From Octopus sinensis (Eukaryota): a stretch of DNA of 64,000 bases. Of this stretch, positions 40,790 to 54,300 are shown in pieces (position 1 is the stretch's first letter; each line of letters starts with the position of its first letter). Below the pieces are notes generated by a model, which saw only the letters and a list, made by a program, of their open reading frames with translations, did no database searches and was not told the DNA's origin. The stretch lies in NCBI RefSeq assembly GCF_006345805.1, contig NC_042998.1, positions 164,238,001-164,302,000 of the forward strand, given 5' to 3'. The position numbers were made by a program, and so were the translations under genes.

Positions 40790-42389
40790 TCGTGGCCTCT
40801 TCCACGTTGGCTCGTGGTATTGGCGATAGTATTAGTGGTGGTGGTGGTGGTGATGATATTGTTTTATATCTATTTCCTCTGATCAAAGGTTTTTCAACCG
40901 TAACTAACCCATTTTCTTTTTATTTAGTGTGTTTTAGAATACTTAATTGAACGTGTCCTCTACCGTTTTATTGATACTAGTCATTAATGATTTGACAGAT
41001 TTAGCTGCTATTTTTATTTAAAGACGAGCATAGATTCTACGTTGACTTGTTTTGCATCTACGTCGAGTATATTTACTAACTTAATATTTAATTTACACAT
41101 CCAGATATTTAGAACAAGCTTCACTAAAGATGTCTAATCAGACTGACCCATGTTCATTGCTTTCACCAGTTGGCTTTAATGATCAGATCCTCCCCAATTT
41201 GTGACAATTTCGATCAGCTGAGCTGACTGGAGTGGCCTCCCTTTTATTATTTCTTTAAAATTTGGAACGCCTTTAAGGGGATTTTTTTCATTTATTGTTT
41301 ACTATCAGTTGTTTGAAGTATTGAAGTCCATTTTTGTTTTGTTTTCTCTCCCAGTTGATATATGAGCGATCCTACCGCCTGTAACATGAAACAGCTCAAG
41401 CTACTGTGTGTGTGTGTAGTTTTCATTTTAGAAACTGCTTACGTCATTGCTGATTTGAAATTAATATAGTTTAAGTTAACGAGGTCACCCAACCTCGTAA
41501 CGTAATCAATGTGACTACATTCTCAAGTTGCAAATCGGTTGGGCTGATCTGTTGTTGCTTAATCCGCGATAAGCCCTACTGTACCACACCAATATTCTAA
41601 ATCGTTCCAGCTGTGACCATCACGTTTGTTATTTTGGTTATTTTTCATTTATTTCTTTATATATCTAAAGATAGAGAGGGGGAAAGAGAGATCTATGATC
41701 ACTTTTTTAATTGCGCCTTTCGTTTTCAGATCACGGGCTGTGATTTTAAGGTGATTAGGCTACTACTTCTAGCATGTCGATTGACAGTTTGAACTGTGGT
41801 AGCTGTTTTTCTTGTTTATGTATTTTGTAACGGGAGACTAGCCAGTTTCTGTGTTTAGTCACTAACAGACGTCTGTTAAAAGATGTATACCTTGGTTAAT
41901 GTATGCTGTAAATGGTAACGCGAAGCGAATGCTCATGCCATTATACACGAGCCAATCCAGCAGCCTCTCGATTTGGTAGCTACAGTTGCTAGAAACATCA
42001 GCTAATTCTCCCTCAAATCACACACTACCGATTATAGAAAGACTAGATATTATTAAATTACGGATGGAATGCTTTTTAACACATATGTCTGTTTGGTCGG
42101 GGATTGAGCAAATATCCACCTTGTCAATGGTAGATACCTGACTGCTGAAACTAGTAACTGCCCCGCCAGTGATATATATATTGAATCTACTACTGAGAAG
42201 GCCAAATAATGCTGAAATCATGTGATCTGGTAGTCCTGGTAGCGACATTAAAACGAACAGCTATATCTAGTGTTAAGTGGGATATCGAAACAGAAGCTGG
42301 ACAGTCTTGATGACTAGATGAGGACGATGATGATGGATGCTTCGACCTACATTTTATAGATTTAGCCAGCCCTCCCTGAAGTCTCACCT

Positions 42390-42430
<41 letters not shown>

Positions 42431-42476
42431 CACACACACACACACACATACACACACACACACACTCACACACACA

Positions 42477-42855
42477 CATGTTTGTGCCAAAACAGCTTTC
42501 AGTTGGCCAAAAAGACACTCTGGTTTCAGTTGCACAAGATCTCCTTGATTGCGTCGAGATGGATGAAAACTCTTTGAAAACTGCATGGGCCTCCGAGCAG
42601 GTATCGCCAAATTTTGGGTAAAATTTGATGCATGTTTTCTGCTCAACTTTCTGTCTTGGTCAGTGCGACGATCACACGCTACACACTTTCCTACTGGGCA
42701 CTGCTGTAAACAGCGGAAGTGAGCTAGAGCGTTAAAACTTAGTGCGCATGCACAACAGAGTTCAAGGTCAATCTGTGCCTAGCGGCTTCACTCTCCGTGA
42801 TTTAGCTTAGTTACTATAGCAACAGTCCAGATATATTTAATAAATATAAGGGTAG
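42477..42855 (+). mobile_element. Internally deleted mariner transposon remnant
   Basis: 42481-42582 encodes FVPKQLSVGQKDTLVSVAQDLLDCVEMDENSLKT, matching the mariner WVP..L...QK..RV....LL segment before the first catalytic Asp; followed by a mariner-like 3' region. Confidence 0.7.
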
Positions 42856-42915
42856 CAAAAATTTCTCCGCTACCAGCGGTCTAGTGAGAAAGAAAAAATA
42901 GTCAAAGACTATATA

Positions 42916-43246
42916 ATATACATTCAACAATATAAGGAATGGCCATATAAGACATTCGACTCACTAGAAAGAGCAGCCAAAACACATACCGCTAAGTAGT
43001 TGTAATTCTGAAATAGAAAGAGAAATAAAAACGCTTACCCCTTTCATCTCTGGACTATGCATAGTTTCGGCAAAACTTTGGCGAAGTTTTGCCGAAACTA
43101 TGCATAGTCCAGAGATGAAAGGGGTAAGCGTTTTTATTTCTCTTTCTATTTCAGAATTACAACTACTTAGCGGTATGTGTTTTGGCTGCTCTTTCTAGTG
43201 AGTCGAATGTCCTATATGGCCATTCCTTATATTGTTGAATGTATAT
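42916..43246. repeat. Near-perfect 331-bp palindrome centred on half of a hammerhead ribozyme
   Basis: Arms 42916-43078 and 43084-43246 (163 bp, one mismatch) with spacer TGGCG; centre reads GCC-GAAA-CTATGCATAG-TC/CAGAG. Confidence 0.95.
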
Positions 43247-43490
43247 CGCTTTTATCCTTCGAAACGTTTAGTAGATGAAACCTTAGCGACTGAAGGGGAT
43301 TTTTCGTTGTGCTTATTGTCCTGTATCTCTTTTTTTGCTTGTCTTGTTCCTTGGTTTGTGTCTATGTTTTTCGTCTCTCTATGTGTTCGACGTCTTTTTG
43401 GTGTCCTGTACACATATATGCGTGTATATGTACATGTAGAGGTAGGTACGTACATATATGTTTATATATATGCATATGTTCTATTTTATT

Positions 43491-43561
<71 letters not shown>

Positions 43562-44037
43562 TTCTGTATATTATATATGTACATACCTAGCAAGGAAACA
43601 TCTCTTTGCTTAAACAACAGATCGGTACCCATGCAAGTGACACGGTGAGAATTTCTTCACCAACAATGGATTTTTCACACTGTAAAATAAGTTTTCTTCG
43701 CAGCTCTCTTGTCATACCACTTCAAACTGCCAACCCAAGATATCATTAAGCCTTGTAAAACTTTTGAATAGTTATGTAAATAATGGTCAATGAGTTGTAT
43801 GAATTAAGACGACCTGTGTCAATTTACAGTCTCTCTCTTTCTCCCTCTTCCCTCTCTCTCCGGTTGGTGTCCATCAGACCGGTTCTTTGTCTTTTTCGTA
43901 CATCTTGGTTTACGAGCAACTTTATAGCTTAGAGCTACTGTGCATTTATGAACACACACTCACACACGCTCTCTCTCTCCCTCCTCTCTCTCTCCTCCTC
44001 TCTCTCCCCCTCCTCTCTCTCTCTCTCTCTCGCTCTC

Positions 44038-44082
<45 letters not shown>

Positions 44083-45374
44083 TATATGCACACACACTGA
44101 TCACGTGTATGCTTATATGTAGATGTGTGTGTGTGTGCATATTTTGCCTGTGTATATATACCTGTTTATACGTGTGTGTGTGTGTGTGTACATAGATGAG
44201 TATATATTTAAAGCATATATATTCACACGTACGTGTGTCCTTACGCGTGTACCTAAGTAAGTAACGTGGTGTTTTTCCAGTCCGTTATATATAGCTGTGT
44301 GTAGTTTGAATTTATTTAGTTCCTCTCATTTTATATATCTATCTTTTCACTGTATCTTCAGTTTCTGCTGCTGCTAGTAAATTACACGGTAGTTTCATGC
44401 TGTCGTATTTTCAGGAGACCAGGTGTACACGTTTCACTTCTCTTTCGTGGCATTTGTCCTTCCTACCTTTTGGGTTCCCGTCTTGCGGGTTTGATCAAAA
44501 CAAAGGACAATTAGTGATATACCGGTTTCATTTCTGTTGACGATTTTCTCTTCCGATTTGTACCACTATACTTGTAACAAATCCGTTTTATTATTAGAAC
44601 ACAGTATAGGCTTATCCCTACTAAGATGTAGACCGCTATTGTTTTCGACTTCCTTATTGCGGTTTAGTATAGCCATTTTGTTTTTTGTTTTTTTGTTTGT
44701 ATATCTTTCACACTTTCACAACAGCTGCTTCTGGTGCAAAAAAATATTCCAAGTCAATTAAGATATTCCTTTTAGCAACACTCCCCCCTTTCCGATCAGT
44801 TCTGCATCACTAGAAATTTAGCAAAAAGTGCTTAGCCCGTGACTATCCTGTTTGTTTTGTTCAAAAGCAGTGACTCTCAAACTGATGTATACCAAACCCA
44901 CCCTCTTACAAAAGTTTTTTTTATTTTTTTATTTTTTGCACTTTTCCACCTCAGAATCGATAGCGACTCGGACAAAATGTCTTTGAAAGCTGGCAGAATC
45001 GTTACCACGCCGTTCAAAATGCTTAGCAGCATTTCTTTCGACTCTTTTTCGAGAATATCCCACAGGTTGCAGTTTGCCCATGTCTGATTTAGAACTAGAT
45101 CATCCTATTTGACCTTTGTTACTCATGTCTGTCTGTCCTCGTGTGTGATCGAAGCAATCTGTCATACAATCTTATTGTCAGTTTACCAAGAACTATATTA
45201 TCCAATGTGTTCCCTCTGTTTATTCTGTTTTATCTCTAGACGGTAAAGAGATAGTTTGGGGCTGGGGAAGAATTTAACTTCTATCTTTAGCAGGTCCAGT
45301 GAACAGGTAAGGAGTTTCCTCGCTTGTTCGATTTCACTGGATTGCTTGTCGTGGAATAGCTTCAAAGATTTAAC

Positions 45375-45702
45375 ACGTAAGGTAAAGACCCCGTTCGGTC
45401 AAGAGTGACCATGAGATTGCACCTAGAAAGTTACCCCCCGAAGTACAAGTTCATGCAAGGTTGTTTATGGAAGACCAGCAGTCGCCCATGCTTGCCAAAC
45501 TTTCCACAGATGCTATCCAAGAGAAGGGCCGATACAGTTTGGCATCAGTGATGTTGCGACTCATTTCTACAGCTGAGTAAACTGGAGTAACGTGAAATAA
45601 AGTGTCTTACTCAAGAACACGACACAGCCCGGTCCGGGAATTGAACTCACTACCTCATGATTGTGAGCCCGACGCTCTAACTACTGAGCCATGTGCCTTC
45701 AC
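45375..45702 (-). mobile_element. tRNA/CORE-type SINE
   Basis: Reverse-complement head (gggaattgaactc; ctaactactgagccatgtgccttcac) and CORE-like gtgaaataaagtgtcttactcaagaacac. Confidence 0.7.
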
Positions 45703-46295
45703 GATTTAACACGATTATCTCCAATATTAATGTTGCCCTCTAAAGGTGTTTTATATTTATGCCTAGACTACTGGCTATGGTAGTGCTTCGTCGAGAGACT
45801 GCTGTTTGTCTTCAGGTTTCCAAGAAACTACCTACATAACAAAGCTAGAAGAAAGAAAACGGTGGTGGTGAGAGAGTGTGCGTAGAAATGAATTGACGTT
45901 CCTATGACGATGTAAATGTAAAGCTCATACGATCCTGTTTAATTCTTATTCTCTATAACATTCGCTTTTCTTTAATCCATTGTACATAGTGTTTGTCTTC
46001 CTCCCCTTCTCACTCTTAAGTTGACTACTTTTCAGCAAAAGTCCCCTGATGGAAGGGATACACATACGAACGCTTACGCAAGCAAAGCACGCATCGACAC
46101 AGACATATGCAAGAGCGCATGCAGAATTATCCGGTATTTAATTATCAGGTGTCTGGCTTATTGCCATCTGTTGTTGCCCCCATTATATTGCGACTTCATG
46201 AGCATTGTGTGTGCCGCCGAGTGTTCATTTTACAAATATACACCAATCCACAGACACACACAGAACGTGTGCGCTACGAATTTTGTTTTATTTTC

Positions 46296-46335
<40 letters not shown>

Positions 46336-46336
<1 letters not shown>

Positions 46337-46634
46337 TACAAGATAAGAAAATGGAGAAATACATCTAAATCAAATATCAATTACCAGATAATACTCAATC
46401 ACATACTTTATTAAACCACCACATTTGATTTAGATGTATTTCTCCATTTTCTTATCTTGTATTAGTAATTTGTGGTAAATCATTTTACCTTTGCCCATAT
46501 AATACAGTAAATGAATTGATTACATCGCAATCATTAACATTTATGTATTAACTTTGTTGGGTACTTCACTAGCAGTATATTGGATATATGTTATCCCATG
46601 GAGGGTTGCATTTACAACCCCTATCTCAATTTGT
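46336..46634 (+). mobile_element. Fold-back element flanked by (TA)n, extended form
   Basis: Perfect 40-bp inverted arms 46336-46375 / 46423-46462 with a 47-nt spacer, then a ~170-bp tail shared with 37272-37476; (TA)n on both sides. Confidence 0.85.
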
Positions 46635-47167
46635 GTATATATATATATATATATATATTTATTGTGCTGTTGCGTTATAAAAAAGGAAACATCTATAAGT
46701 GCTGAAACCGAACAAGATGTAATTAATACTTGTATAATAAGCCGATTTGGGTTTATATCTCCAATCTAGTTCTGTGACTGGTCAATTCCTTAATCTTTTG
46801 CCTCTCCAAATTATTTTCATTAATTTATCCTAAATGTCCAGGATTGTTTTTAGAATTTTTGTTAGTCCTTGTTTCATACACTCTAAGTAATATAAAGCTT
46901 CCCTTTCATAAGTCCCTAGTTACTCTGATGGATGAAAAAAAATTGGGGATGGGTACCATATATGATTCATGAACGACAAAGAAATACGTCCTGTGTATCG
47001 CATCTGATAAATAGGACATGCAAAAGATTAATTTCTTAAATACTCTAATTTTTCTCAACTCCTGAATATTTTCACACTGTACTGAAACAAGTGTTGCCAA
47101 TATTCAGCAAGATGCTGGTATAATATCTAAGACACTTCAGTTATTATTTCTATATACTGTAGGTACC

Positions 47168-47710
47168 AAGGCGGCGAGCTGGCAGAAACGTTAGCATGCC
47201 GGGCGAAATGTTTACCGGTATTTCGTCTGCTGCTACGTTCTGAGTTCAAATTCCGCCGAGGTCGACTTTGCCTTTCATCCTTTCGGAATCGATAAATTAA
47301 GTACCAGTTGCGTACTGCAGTGGTTCTAATCGACTGGCCTCCGCCCCAAAAGTTTCGGGCCATGTGCTTAGTGTAGAAAAGTATGTGTTTTAGGTGCGGG
47401 TATAGCTGTGTGGTAAGAAGCTTGTTTCCTAACATGGTTCCGGGTCCAGTAAGTAACACGGCGTGGCACTTTGGGCAAATGGATTTGATAGACGGAAACT
47501 AAACGAAACCTGTCTAGTGTAGATGTGTGTTTGTCCTCCCCTACCACTGCTTGACAACCGGAGTTGGTTTGTTTATGTCCCTGTAACTTGGTGGTTCTGT
47601 AAAACAATAGAATCACTGCTAAGCCTTTAAAAAAATAATGGGGCCAATTCGTTTGACTAAAACCCTTTGCGATGATGCCCATGCGTGGCTGCAGTCAACA
47701 GCTGAAAAGT
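47168..47710 (+). mobile_element. SINE family B (47168-47382) followed directly by SINE family A (47391-47710)
   Basis: Intact B head and core; family A head gctgtgtggtaagaagcttg. Confidence 0.85.
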
Positions 47711-47723
47711 TAACGGAGGGAAG

Positions 47724-47759
<36 letters not shown>

Positions 47760-47778
47760 TATATTAAATTAATTAAAT

Positions 47779-47909
47779 TAAATTAGAGACAAAACCACTA
47801 TTAGGCAAATCAATTTAATTTAATATAATATAATATTTTACTATAAAATTGGATTCAATCCTAAATCTGATTTTTCCCTGTGAGTTTGGATTTATTCCCT
47901 AATATTTAT

Positions 47910-47916
<7 letters not shown>
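47779..47916 (+). mobile_element. Fold-back element flanked by (TA)n, collapsed form (same family as 56538-56925)
   Basis: The first ~35 bp of the 56.5-kb left arm is joined directly to the 56821-56925 tail; the inner palindrome and ribozyme are absent. Confidence 0.85.
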
Positions 47917-47959
<43 letters not shown>

Positions 47960-48364
47960 GAATGTTAATTTTTCTGATCCTTAAAGAAAGGCTTACGGGC
48001 GTGAATTGGTTAAAAAACTGGAATCTCATCGGACACACCTAATGTCATTATTGGTTATAAAAGAGGATTTGGGTTGCCTGTGTGTTGGCACAAAGATTGA
48101 TGGCGCGGGTTAACAATAACAACACCCATAGAATAAATTCCACCGTTGCAAGTTTTTCTTGGTGGGAATTGTTTTAGCTTTGAAACGTTTTATCTCAGAA
48201 TATTGGTTCGGTGGTGGCTGGTAGAATCAGTAGAGTGGTGCCAGACAAAATTCTTAGAAATGTTTGGTTACGTCACTTAGTTTTCTGATTTCAAATCCCG
48301 CTTTTTAAAGTTAGTTTTCGCCTTCTAGGATATGTTCTTTAAATCAATAAGGTATGATTTGAAG

Positions 48365-48621
48365 CAGTGGTTTTTAACCGGGGTCCAATGGCCCTTGCGC
48401 GTCCATATAAAAGTTTGTTGCTAAAATTTATGAGCAACAAATTGGTTATAATTCTACAATACACAAAACACATTTTTATTTTAATACAGTTCCTAATAAT
48501 ATTTATTTAAAATAATATAATGGGATTTTATAAAAAAATATCGAATGTTTATTTGGGTCCGGTAGAGTAAAATAGGAATCAAAGGGATCCATAAGCAAAA
48601 AAGAATGGTTCAGAACCACTG
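48365..48621. mobile_element. hAT-type MITE
   Basis: TIRs CAGTGGTTTTTAACC / GGTTCAGAACCACTG; flanks ATTTGAAG and ATTTAAGG match at 6/8, compatible with an 8-bp TSD. Confidence 0.75.
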
Positions 48622-50045
48622 ATTTAAGGGAACATTTGGCTACTATTTCTAGCATGTGGAGCAACCTTGATAGGTCTTTGTTTGGTTTGAGTGTGCGATG
48701 GAAGTATAGTAAAAATATTTATGGTTTGTGCGTTTGTGAAAGACGCCTCCGTCGCTACTGCTGCTGCAGTCTTGCTCTAACACCGTTCTTGCTCTAACAC
48801 CGTTATGTTCTCGTGTATACGTGTGTATACATACATACATACGTACACACATACATACATACAATGACAGATAGTGGGTGTATATATATATATAATGATG
48901 ATATATACAGGCACATCCGTTTCTCGTTTTCTTTCTTTTTAGTGTATATACGTTGTATGTATTCCTATCAAATTCCAATTCCGGTTAGGATGATGTGAGG
49001 GTGTGTATGTGTGTGCGTGCGGGTATTCCATAGTTGGGTTTAGTTACAGGTTCATGGTCAATTTTTTTATATTTCACCCTTCCGTACCTAACCTCACTTC
49101 ACCCCTCACCCCTACTCTTCCCTGATTATTCTGTACCCTTTTAAACCAGCTAACTAATTTTACCCAACAAGCCCTTAAATACTGCCAGTCGTCCGCTCCA
49201 CACTTTTCATTTTCCGCTAATAATTCGAGACAGTTTCGTAACCGAGAGAAAGGGGAAGGTGTAGAAAATTGCTCTGAGAATTTGAGCCTACTGTTGAGGG
49301 CACTGATAATTTCATTAAGACATCTTCACTAACAAGCCATTAATTAAATGTGTGTGTGCATGTATGTGTGTGAGTGTATGTGTACATGTACGGGTGTGTG
49401 CTTCTGTTTCTCTCTCCCACTCGCTCTCTAGCCTTTCTATGGTGTATGTTTGGTACACCATATTCCAATTAGTTATCAACTTAGTTTATATTATGAAAGT
49501 ATAAACATTCTTAATGGGTTGTTAGACCTTTTCTGCTGATTTGAGTTCAAACATATGCAACATGAAGCGTACGTACATAAATATACACACCCACTCTCCA
49601 TACACACAAACACACACATACCACTACATGCACACACAGTAGGCTTGGAAGGTTTTTTCTTTTTCCATGAGTATACATACACATGAATTAAGATCACATG
49701 CGCCAAAGTATTTTATCACGCGCGTGAGTGAAGGTGGGGGAGAGAAGGAGATGGGCTGGAAAAATCGGCAGAGCGTCGAACGCTTTGTGGATTCAGATCC
49801 CATCTAGGGATCATTTTCTTTTCATCTTTCTCGGGTCGATATAATAAATAGCAAAGCAGTGAAGTCGATGGAATTGATTATTCGCTTGATGGCTTGATCA
49901 CCTCCGAAAGAGTTGCCAGTGTGAGGATGTCTGAGTATCATTGAAGGCCCGAAACACCCAATGACTCAGGGCATTCCTCTCTCGATTTCCTTTTTTTTCT
50001 TTTCTTTTTTTTTTTGTTGCTATGGTGTGTGCAAACTCTCTTTTC

Positions 50046-50087
<42 letters not shown>

Positions 50088-50787
50088 TATTTATTTATTT
50101 TTCAGAGTATGTGTGCATCTATGGGAGTAACCAGCGCTCAGGTTTCTTCAATTAAAAATATCAGATTTCATCTTGAAAACTTTTTGCGCTCACATTAAAA
50201 GATCTTTTAGAATTATGTTATTTTTACTTAGTGTTTTTCGAGTGATTTATTATGCATAATTTTAAGAAAATTTTAGAAATACAACTTGAAGGCTACATGT
50301 ACGGTCATTAAAGCCGGACACGAGTCTCCTTATGCGGTAACCAGATGGGTAGACTGTATTTCGTCTTGGCTGATAGATTTAATTTATCGCCAGGGTTCTA
50401 GCCACCATCTGGCCCTTAGGTGCCATTAGCAGGGTCCACTTTGTTACAAATGTTTGGACTGGGCCTTCCGCTTTGAATATAACCCAGGGGTTGTGGCTGC
50501 TTCCTTACAATCGGTAATTTATGTCATGTTTCTCATCACTGCCACCAATGGTCTCTAAGATACAACAAAACGTTGACAGGCACCAAGCCCTGATATAGAA
50601 CTAAATAGTGGTGATGGGCGTCCTTCCTTAATTACATATACACATGTGTATACATGTGGCCTAATACGTATTATCTGCATAATACATGTCATATATATAT
50701 ATATATATATAGTAAATATATTTACACTTATTGTGTATATTTATATATAATTATGTGCATAAACAAATGTGTGTATGCATATATTTT

Positions 50788-50819
<32 letters not shown>

Positions 50820-50849
50820 ATATATATAATTATTTATTTCTTTATTGCC

Positions 50850-51062
50850 CACAAGGGGCTAAACATAGAGAGGACAAACAAGGACAGACAAAGGGATTAA
50901 GTCGATTACATCGACCCCAGTGCGAAACTGGTACTTTTATTTATCGACCCCGAAAGGATGAAAGGCAAAGTCGACCTCGGCGGAATTTGAACTCAGAACG
51001 TAACGACAGACGAAATACCGCTAAGCATTCCGCCCGGCGCGCTAACGTGTCTGCCAGCTCGT
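50850..51062 (-). mobile_element. SINE family B, young CpG-intact copy
   Basis: cgaccccgaaaggatgaaaggcaaagtcgacctcggcggaatttgaactcagaacg...ctgccagctcg. Confidence 0.9.
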
Positions 51063-51271
51063 GGATAGACACAGATAGATTGAGTGGTTGATTGATTGGA
51101 GAACTACTCTTTTTCTCGCTTTTAATGGTTCAGCGTTTATTCGCTTTTCCTTTTAATGAGATTGTAAAAGGAAAGTTTTAAACCATTGAACTGCTCCATG
51201 CTGCTTTGGTTTTCGAATTGAACAATACGCAGTTGGGGAAGATTTGACTGAAAAAATAGACAATGAGATTT

Positions 51272-51306
<35 letters not shown>

Positions 51307-54300
51307 AACGTCGGGACTTTCAGTTTCAACAGTGAGTTGTTTTCATAAGTTGATGGACCTTCTTCCTTTTCAGTTGCACTTTACCATAGTAACACGTATT
51401 AGCATATATCTTCCTTATCTACTTGGTCTGCTATTTTTCTTAGCATACCTTCCGTATCAACTTGTTCTACTTTTTCTCTCACACATACAAACTCACCAGC
51501 ACGCATATATATATATGCGCGCATCCACAAATACTTGCTCACATTCATGTGTATACATACTTTCAAGCAACGCGCCAATGCATAAGTACACATTCATTCC
51601 ATCATTCATTCATTCATATACAGGTTACCTACCTATACTGTCTTTCACAATATAATCCTGCTTAGCTAGCTAGCCACAGCGGATTAGTTACTCACTGCCA
51701 AGCAAACCGGAAGTGTGGTTTTGACTGCCTTACCTTTTTTCATCTTAAATTTCCTTAACAAAACAGACCGTCGCCATGTTTTCCTGCCTCATCTTTTCCC
51801 TCCACTTTCTTCCTCTCCACTCCCGCTACTCCACTCACGTTTTCTCGAACAATCAGTAAGCTTCGGAAATTTCTGGTCTGTATTCAATCTAGTCATTGTT
51901 ATTTTAGTGAATTAGACCTGAAAGTGGGTGGCGTGTTTTAGTAAAGGTTTCCTTTTGCTATTGTTTTTATTACATATATATATATATATATATATATTGT
52001 TTTGTTGGGGTTTTTTTGTGGGGATTGCCTCTGGGAAGAGAGTATTCAAAATCCGCACCTTCCTGTTACACTATCCCTCCACTTTATATCTTTCTCTCGC
52101 TCTTTTCTTCCATACCCCCAACCTATTCCCTCGTTTCCCTCCACGGCTTTTACTTTCCTCATCTTCATCTCAACACTTTTTCCTTTGTTGATGTGCGTTT
52201 GTTTCCTCTCCCTCCTCTCTCTCTCTCTCCCTCCCTCTCCAATCTTCAATTTCGTTCAAATGATCAGAATTGCTGCTGTTGTTGTTTAGCTCCAAGTCGT
52301 TCATGTGAAATATGGCCGACCTTCTGATCAAAGGTGTTCAAACTATGGCTATTTGTCAGCGATGGCGCAGTTACCCGGAGTCCATTACTCAACGTATCCA
52401 TCCGTCTTTCCCTTAATTTTTGATTTTTTTTTCTAAGACAGTTGGATGTTGCTTACGAGATGCTTTTTTTTTTTACTCTAAAAGCGAGCAACAACTTCTT
52501 TGATGTTTCATCTTTATGCTATAAAGAAACTTCAAACGAGATTTGGTTTACGGGATTTGGCTGCTTTGTCTCAATATAAAGCGACAGCTTGATTCCTCGT
52601 ATGTGCTTTTGCAGATCGTTGACCTTTATAACACGCATCAATATCCTACATCCTCCCCCTCATGGTTTAATTGAAACATGTTAAAATAGAATTGCTACTA
52701 TCTTCATATCTCGTGAAGTTATATTTGTCTCTTTACATGTGTTTATATGTCCTCTATCAATGAAATTTTATTCGAAATAACTGAAATGACAAAACCATAT
52801 TGACGGCAAGTCAAAGATGGGCTGTCGACTTAGTTGCTCGATCTGTTTAAAATACCAAACAAAAAACTAGTTTGAATAAGGGAATGGCTGTGATTAGGAC
52901 TTCGATCATAAGGCTGCACTGGAGCCAAAAGACGGCAACCCGTCAACTAGATGATCAGCCAGTGCGGTAGTCTTTTTCGTAGTCGCTTCAGCTACGACAA
53001 GCAGCAACCAGATATATCTCCTTTAAGTACACCCTATTGTCTTATGACGAATGACACATTAGATAATGTAATCCTAGAAGGAAACACGAGATGGTCACTA
53101 CCTGAACGTCTCTGATCATAGGTTTGCCTGTCCTCCGTATCGACAACAATAAGTGGAGTCTGATATCGAGTTAAATGAACCTCAATGTTTATATTCTGTG
53201 GTATTTATTTGCAATAGATATTTTCTCCCATTGATCCCTAATATGGATAGGCACAAGTTGTCGACTAAACCGGCCCCAATATTTGAGTTGTGTATTTATC
53301 ATCGATCTTAGGTTTCTATAATTGGCAAATGGCCACGAATCTGAGGAAGGAGAGGGCACAATGAGCTTATTTGTTCCAATTCTTGATCGGTGTTTATTTA
53401 ATCGATTTCGAACTTGAAGTGTGATATATTACGGTAAGGTATTCTGTCCATCGATCTACCAAGATCTGCCACTGATTAAATCCTTTACTGAATTGGTGTT
53501 ATTGATGTTGCATGGCCGAATAGTCAAGATGTTCGCTCTGCTATCACGAGGTTCTTTGTTCGATACCACTACGTAGCATTTTGGGTAAGTGTTTTTTTAT
53601 AACAGTCTTTGATTGGCCCACGTCTCTTGTGAGTGAACTTGGGACGGAAACTGTGTAGAAGTTCATCAAATAGATTGCATCTGTAATTGCATCTAGCCTT
53701 CTCACATCCTGTATGAGGCTGACTCCATCTGAGAATTATATCTAGAGTACTTGTGTCTGTGGAATTTTCGGCCACATCCACATTAATTTAATGACTTGGT
53801 TGTTTAGCCGATCGAACAACTTGTCATCGTCAAAACCGACGGAGATCCTTTTTTTCTTTTTTGTATCAGGTAGGTCCAATAACAATTAGGCATTCCAGCC
53901 GAGACCATCCCGTTTTTTTTTATATTCAGACATGATATATTTATTACAACATTATCTAATGTGTCCTTCCTTAAAAAGAAGAAAAAAACACGGTGTACGT
54001 TTCAGGTTAATTTGAACTGCAGTTTCTAGCTGGTGGAATGACTCAGTATAGACACTCACTCTTTGATTCGTGTATTAATTAATATTAGCCGTTACTGTAA
54101 ACTAACCAACATTTAAAACTATCATCGGTTTCCGTTTTATCATGGGATTTAATTTAGGTTGATTCCAGTTAATTAAATTATTCACCCCCTATCCCTACCA
54201 CCCAACTTTCTTTTTATTTTTCACCTTTTTTTTTCTATTACAAAACCTTTTTCAAGTTTGTAGTAATTATTTTTGACCGGTTTATTACTGTCTGGTTCCT

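Noticed and set aside
42710-42823. Cluster of ETS (CGGAAGT), NRF1-like (GTGCGCATGCAC) and RFX-like (GTTACTATAGCAAC) motifs suggesting a promoter
   Set aside because: It lies inside the 3' part of a mariner remnant, so it is best explained as transposon sequence.
48770-48803. 17-bp direct tandem repeat tcttgctctaacaccgt x2
   Set aside because: An ordinary slippage duplication with no intervening element.
49920-49960. GTGAGGA...GGCCC-GAAACACC
   Set aside because: Weak stem II, no palindromic stem III and no NUH site.
29484-51091. Recurring peptide RKDERQSRPRRNLNSERNGRRN in several ORFs
   Set aside because: It is the antisense reading of SINE family B, not a gene family.
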